Assembly (NCBI GenBank): GCA_964016885.1
Contig: OZ024753.1
Location: 39,308,001 to 39,372,000, forward strand
Reading direction: 5' to 3'
Origin: Eledone cirrhosa
Taxonomy: Eukaryota
DNA length: 64,000 nucleotides
How positions within the stretch are numbered: the first letter of the stretch is position 1; each line of letters starts with the position of its first letter. Shown piece after piece: positions 57,872 to 64,000 of the stretch. The notes under the pieces were generated by a model. The model was not told the origin of the DNA and searched no databases. It saw nothing but the letters and a program-made list of their open reading frames with translations. The translations under genes were made by a program, and so were the position numbers.

Positions 57872-59500
57872 ATTCTCTGGTAACCTGTATTCTCTATTCG
57901 ATCACCCTATGTTCAGTATTCTCTCCTATTCTGTGGTATCCTGTATTCCCTATTCTATCACCCTCTCTTCGGTATTCTCTCCTATTCTGTGGTAACCTTA
58001 ATTCCCTATTCTATCACCCTCTCTTTGGTATTCTCTCCTATTCTGTGGTAACCTGTATTCTCTATTCTATCACCCTCTCTTCGGTATTCTCTCCTATTCT
58101 GTGGTAACCTTAATTCTCTATTCTATCACCCTATGTTCGGTATTCTCTCCTATTCTGTGGTAACCTTAATTCTCTATTCTATCACCCTCTCTTCGGTATT
58201 CTCTCCTATTCTGTGGTAACCTGTATTCTCTATTCTATCACCCTCTCTTCGGTATTCTCTCCTATTCTGTGGTAACCTGTATTCTCTATTCTATCACCCT
58301 ATGTTCAGTATTCTCTCCTATTCTGTGGTATCCTGTATTCTCTATTCTATCACCCTCTCTTCGGTATTCTCTCCTATTCTGTGGTAACCTGTATTCTCTA
58401 TTCTATCACCCTCTCTTCGGTATTCTCTCCTATTCTGTGGTAACCTGTATTCTCTATTCTATCACCCTATGTTCAGTATTCTCTCCTATTCTGTGGTATC
58501 CTGTATTCTCTATTCTATCACCCTTTATCTATTCTATTGCCCTCCGTTCAGTATTCTCTCCTATTCTGTGGTAACCTGTATTCTCTATTCTATCACCCTA
58601 TGTTCAGTATTCTCTCCTATTCTGTGGTATCCTGTATTCTCTATTCAATCACCCTCTCTTCGGTATTCTCTCCTATTCTGTGGTAACCTGTATTCTCTAT
58701 TCTATCACCCTCTCTTCGGTATTCTCTACTATTCTGTGGTAACCTGTATTCTCTATTCTATCACCCTCTCTTCGGTATTCTCTCCTATTCTGTGGTAACC
58801 TGTATTCTCTATTCTATCACCCTATGTTCAGTATTCTCTCCTATTCTGTGGTATCCTGTATTCTCTATTCTATCACCCTCTCTTCGGTATTCTCTCCTAT
58901 TCTGTGGTAACCTGTATTCTCTATTCTATCACCCTCTCTTCGGTATTCTCTACTATTCTGTGGTAACCTGTATTCTCTATTCTATCACCCTCTCTTCGGT
59001 ATTCTCTCCTATTCTGTGGTAACCTGTATTCTCTATTCTATCACCCTATGTTCAGTATTCTCTCCTATTCTGTGGTATCCTGTATTCTCTATTCTATCAC
59101 CCTTTACCTATTCTATTACCCTCCGTTCAGTATTCTCTCCTATTCTGTGGTAACCTGTATTCTCTATTCTATCACCCTATGTTCAGTATTCTCTCCTATT
59201 CTGTGGTATCCTGTATTCTCTATTCTATCACCCTCTCTTCGGTATTCTCTCCTATTCTGTGGTAACCTGTATTCTCTATTCTATCACCCTCTCTTCGGTA
59301 TTCTCTCCTATTCTGTGGTAACCTGTATTCTCTATTCTATCACCCTATGTTCAGTATTCTCTCCTATTCTGTGGTATCCTGTATTCTCTATTCTATCACC
59401 CTATGTTCAGTATTCTCTCCTATTCTGTGGTATACTGTATTCTCTATTCTATCACCCTTTATCTATTCTATTACCCTCCGTTCAGTATTCTCTCCTATTC
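57872..59500. repeat. 56-bp minisatellite array (~28-29 units)
   Basis: Unit CTGTGGTAACCTGTATTCTCTATTCTATCACCCTCTCTTCGGTATTCTCTCCTATT, with variants. Confidence 0.95.
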
Positions 59501-59658
59501 TTTCCTATCCTGTATTCACTATTCTCTTCCTGTTCGCTATTCTCTCCTATTCTCTAATTCTCTGTATTCTGTAGTTGGTTCTTAAGAATCAAAATTATCG
59601 ACCGCTCTTGTTGAAAAGTCTCGTCAGCCACTCTGCTGTTATTTGTTTATTAATTAAG

Positions 59659-59716
<58 letters not shown>

Positions 59717-59876
59717 TACAAGCACACGCATACACACGCATACACATACACACACACACACATACATACATACACATACACACACACACATATATACACA
59801 CACACCTTCATACACTCACTAATATGTATGTATACGTATGTCAGTGTCAGAAGGCTTGTATATATATACACACACA

Positions 59877-59922
<46 letters not shown>

Positions 59923-59926
59923 TATA

Positions 59927-60022
<96 letters not shown>

Positions 60023-60117
60023 TGTATAGAGAGAGAGGTATGCGTACATGTCCGTGTGTGAGTGTGTCTTTAAAATACGTTAACAATACAAACATTAACT
60101 GAATACGTGTAATCAGA

Positions 60118-60189
<72 letters not shown>

Positions 60190-60579
60190 GTGTGTATGTG
60201 TCTGCGTGTGTGTGTGCGTGTGCGCGTGCGTGCGTGTGTGTGTGTGTAAATTCATGTTTATATACGTATATAAACGTCTATATGGGTGTATACGTATACA
60301 TGTACATTTATGAACACATACAAACGAGCACACAAACAAACAACCATACATATACATGTGTGTGTGAGTGTGTGAGTGTGTGTGTGTCCGTGCAAGTGTG
60401 TATGTGTATGTGTATGTGTGTGCAGATGTGTGATGCACACTTCATCTACAGGCACCTCTATAACAACTGACTACTCTGTCCCTTTAATAGCTGTTTGGTG
60501 TTAAAGCATAGCATGGTGGTAGAAGCAGATACAATAATTAAGACATAGCGGTATATAGGTGTATATATAAATGTAAGTG

Positions 60580-60805
60580 TGTATGTATACGTACATACAC
60601 ATATGTATACAGACGTACAGTAGCATGCATATATATATAAATATATATATATATATACATATATACATACAGGTACACATACATATATGTACGTATCAGT
60701 TTATGTGTACCTGTATATATATATGTATATATATATATATATATGCATGCTACTGTATATGTATGTATACGTACATACATATATGTATACAGACGTACAG
60801 TAGCA

Positions 60806-60863
<58 letters not shown>

Positions 60864-60979
60864 CAGGTACACATATATATATGTATATATATATATATAT
60901 ATATGCATGCTAATGTACGTCTGTATACATATATGTATGTATACGTACATACACATATGTATACAGACGTACAGTAGCA

Positions 60980-61029
<50 letters not shown>

Positions 61030-61676
61030 CAGGTACACATAAAGTGATACGTACATATATGTATGTGTACCTGTATGTTTATATATATATATGCCTGCTA
61101 CTGTACGTCTGTATACATATATGTATGTATACGTACATACATATATGTATACAGACGTACAGTAGCATGCATATATATATATATATATATACATATATAC
61201 ATACAGGTACACATAAACTGATACGTACATATATGTATGTGTACCTGTATGTATATATATATATATATATGCATGCTACTGTACGTCTGTATACATATAT
61301 GTATGTACGTATACATACATACTTACATTTAGGTATATATATAGATATAGATATATGTGTGTGTGTATGTGTGTATGTGTGTTTGTATGTGTGTATGCGT
61401 GTTTGTATGTGTGTGTATGTGTGTGTGTGTGCACGTATCGACTTGCATGAGAAGGTATGTATATATATATGTGTGTGTATGTGTGTATATATATGTGTGT
61501 GTGTGTGTGTGTGCGTATGTGTGTCTGTTTGTGTGTGTATGTGTGTGTGTGTGTGTGTGTGTTTGTGTGTGTGCACGTATCGACTTGCATGAGAATGTAT
61601 GTATATATATATGTGTGTGTATGTGTGCATGTATGTGTGTGTGTGCGGATATGTGTTTGTATGTGTGTGTATGTGT

Positions 61677-61740
<64 letters not shown>

Positions 61741-62110
61741 ACGTATCGACTTGACTGAGAATTTATGTATATATATATGTGTGTGTATGTGTGTATGTGT
61801 GCGTGTGTGTGTGTGCGTATGTGTGTTTGTATGTGTGTGTATGTGTGTGTGTGTACGTATCGACTTGCATGAGAATGTATATGTATATATATATATATGT
61901 GTGTGTGTATGTGTGTATGTGTGTTTGTCTGTGTGTGTGCACGTATCGACTTGCATGAGAATGTATATATATATGTGTGTGTGTGTGTGCACGTATCGAC
62001 TTGCATGAGAATGTATATATATATATATGTGTGTGTATGTGTGTATGTGTGTATGTGTGTATGTTTGTGTGTGTGTGTGTGCACGTATCGACTTGCATAA
62101 GAATGTATAT
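60580..62110. repeat. Microsatellite-embedded motif arrays (GTATACAGACGTACAGTAGCATGC; GCACGTATCGACTTGCATGAGAA x7)
   Basis: Directly visible. Confidence 0.85.
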
Positions 62111-62379
62111 ATATATATATGCATATAAATGTATATGTATGCATGGACTTACGTGCGTCTATATAAATGGGTTTGTGTATGCACACTTCCATATAGAAGA
62201 TGTGTGCATAAGCGTATATATATATATATATGTATATATGTATATATGCGCCCGAGCGTGTGTGTTTGTGTGTGTGTATGTGTGTATATATATATACATA
62301 TATATAAATTCTCACATCACACACATATATACGCACACACATCAAAAAATATAGATAGACATATAGATAGATAGATATG

Positions 62380-62795
62380 TTTCTTTTATTTGCCACCAGG
62401 GCATCAAAAGTGGGACAAGTACAAAGGGGGGAGTTTACACAAAAAGGCGTCCTGAATAAGGAGGAGGCAGTAACAATGTATAAAAATAAAATATAACAAA
62501 AAATAAAATTTATAACAAAATCCTCAATAGAGAGGAGGCGCCTTGGGGGGTCGCACACACCCCCGAAAAAAGTGTGCAACCCTTTTCCTCAGGAGCACAG
62601 AGAGGGGGTGCTCCCTCGTTCCTTACTCTTTTCCCCCTACAGGCTTATGTAAAGAGAAGGCCCATTCACACGGGCCATTCTCGCCACTTTCACCCACCTT
62701 TCATAGAAACGACTGGGGTGGAGCACCTCTCTCTCCATCCTGATCCTTCTTCCGAAATGATATCGGAAGAAACGGACCAGTTGTTGGCCAGAGAG
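62380..62795 (-). mobile_element. 3' end of a Tx1/L1-clade-like LINE inserted in (GATA)n
   Basis: C-terminus [47 protein letters not shown], then a 3'UTR, an A-rich poly(A)-signal-like end and (ATCT)n. Confidence 0.65.
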
Positions 62796-62819
62796 ATAGA
62801 TAGATAGATAGATAGATAT

Positions 62820-62898
<79 letters not shown>

Positions 62899-62911
62899 TA
62901 TAGATAGATAT

Positions 62912-62942
<31 letters not shown>

Positions 62943-62943
62943 T

Positions 62944-63320
62944 ATTTCTTTATTAGCCACAGGGGCACAAAAGAAGGGGACAAATACAAAGGGGGAAGTT
63001 TACATACAATAAAAACGTGTAAAATGTTATCACAGATGGAATTTAAAAGTTAGTCGATTTTCCCCAATAGAGGGAGACAGTTTATATGGGTAACACAGAC
63101 CCCCGAAAAAAATGTGCAACCCTCATCTCCAGGAGTACGAAGAGCTTGTACTCCTTTCCTCTCCTCCTTCTTTTCCTCAACCTACAGGCTGATATAGAGA
63201 GAAGGCCCATTCACTCGGGCCATTCTCGCCACTTTCACCCACCTTTCATAAAACTTGCTGGGGTACAGCACCTCTCTCTCCATCCTGATTCTTCTTCCAA
63301 AGTGGTATTTGAAAAAAAGA
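62944..63320 (-). mobile_element. Second Tx1/L1-like 3' end in (GATA)n
   Basis: [44 protein letters not shown]. The protein is conserved relative to the first copy while the UTR has diverged; it ends in AATAAA. Confidence 0.65.
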
Positions 63321-63398
63321 GATAGATAGACTAGATTTTCCGACTGCGCCAACCTGGACTTGGGCAAATCGTAGCGGATCATCTAGGTCGTGTAACAC

Positions 63399-63468
<70 letters not shown>

Positions 63469-63532
63469 GGAGAGAAGTATATTCCTATAGATTCAGGGAC
63501 AGACAAACACACTTATGTATATGTGTATGTGA

Positions 63533-63745
63533 ACACACGTGGCTTTCTAATAAGGGTATTGGGCTCACGCTTGAAATGTCGTGAGTTCGATTCCCACGGC
63601 GCGTTGTGTCCTTGTTCGAGACATTTTATATCACTTTGTCCATTCAACTGGCAAAAAGGAGTTGTATCTGTAATTCGAACGGCCAGCCTTGTCACATTCC
63701 GATCCATGGTGAATCTTCCTGAGAACGCCGTTAAAGGTACACGTT
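63533..63745 (+). mobile_element. SINE family B-related element
   Basis: B-box GAGTTCGATTCC followed by GTTGTGTCCTTG..GACATTTTAT. Confidence 0.6.
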
Positions 63746-63848
<103 letters not shown>

Positions 63849-63936
63849 GACACTGGAAGGTAATATCCGTAGTGGTAGAGCACTCAGGCTATGGGACGAG
63901 TTAGGTAGAAGTGGTGAAGTAATTGTTGTGTTACCA

Positions 63937-63985
<49 letters not shown>

Positions 63986-64000
63986 TGTGTGTGTGTATAT

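Noticed and set aside
57872-59500. CRISPR-like regular array
   Set aside because: There are no unique spacers and no cas genes, and the context is eukaryotic.
61429-62105. Constant ~23-bp repeat with variable spacers (CRISPR-like)
   Set aside because: The spacers are just variable-length TA/GT microsatellite.

Overview
This is AT-rich, microsatellite-saturated eukaryotic DNA with a 200-N scaffold gap at 33572-33771. The SINE repertoire and repeat landscape fit an octopus or other coleoid cephalopod; that is an inference, not a database result. There is no intact cellular gene, and nearly all ORFs in the track are microsatellite artefacts. Real coding remnants are retroelement fragments: an RLE-endonuclease 3' end of an R4/Dong-like LINE, two Tx1/L1-like 3' ends, and a C2H2 finger in a seven-copy bipartite RTE derivative. 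The most notable signal is about ten type I hammerhead ribozyme (HHR) motifs from several unrelated Penelope/retrozyme-like families, mostly next to (TA)n. One is fully intact inside a ~340-nt chain of hairpins, and two carry the compensatory U3-A8 core. Many sit in near-perfect palindromes with 44-193 bp arms, several of which are mirrored at ribozyme helix II. Also present are a candidate 6/27-nt minus-strand microexon, a consensus CTCF site and YY1-like motifs in unique islands.
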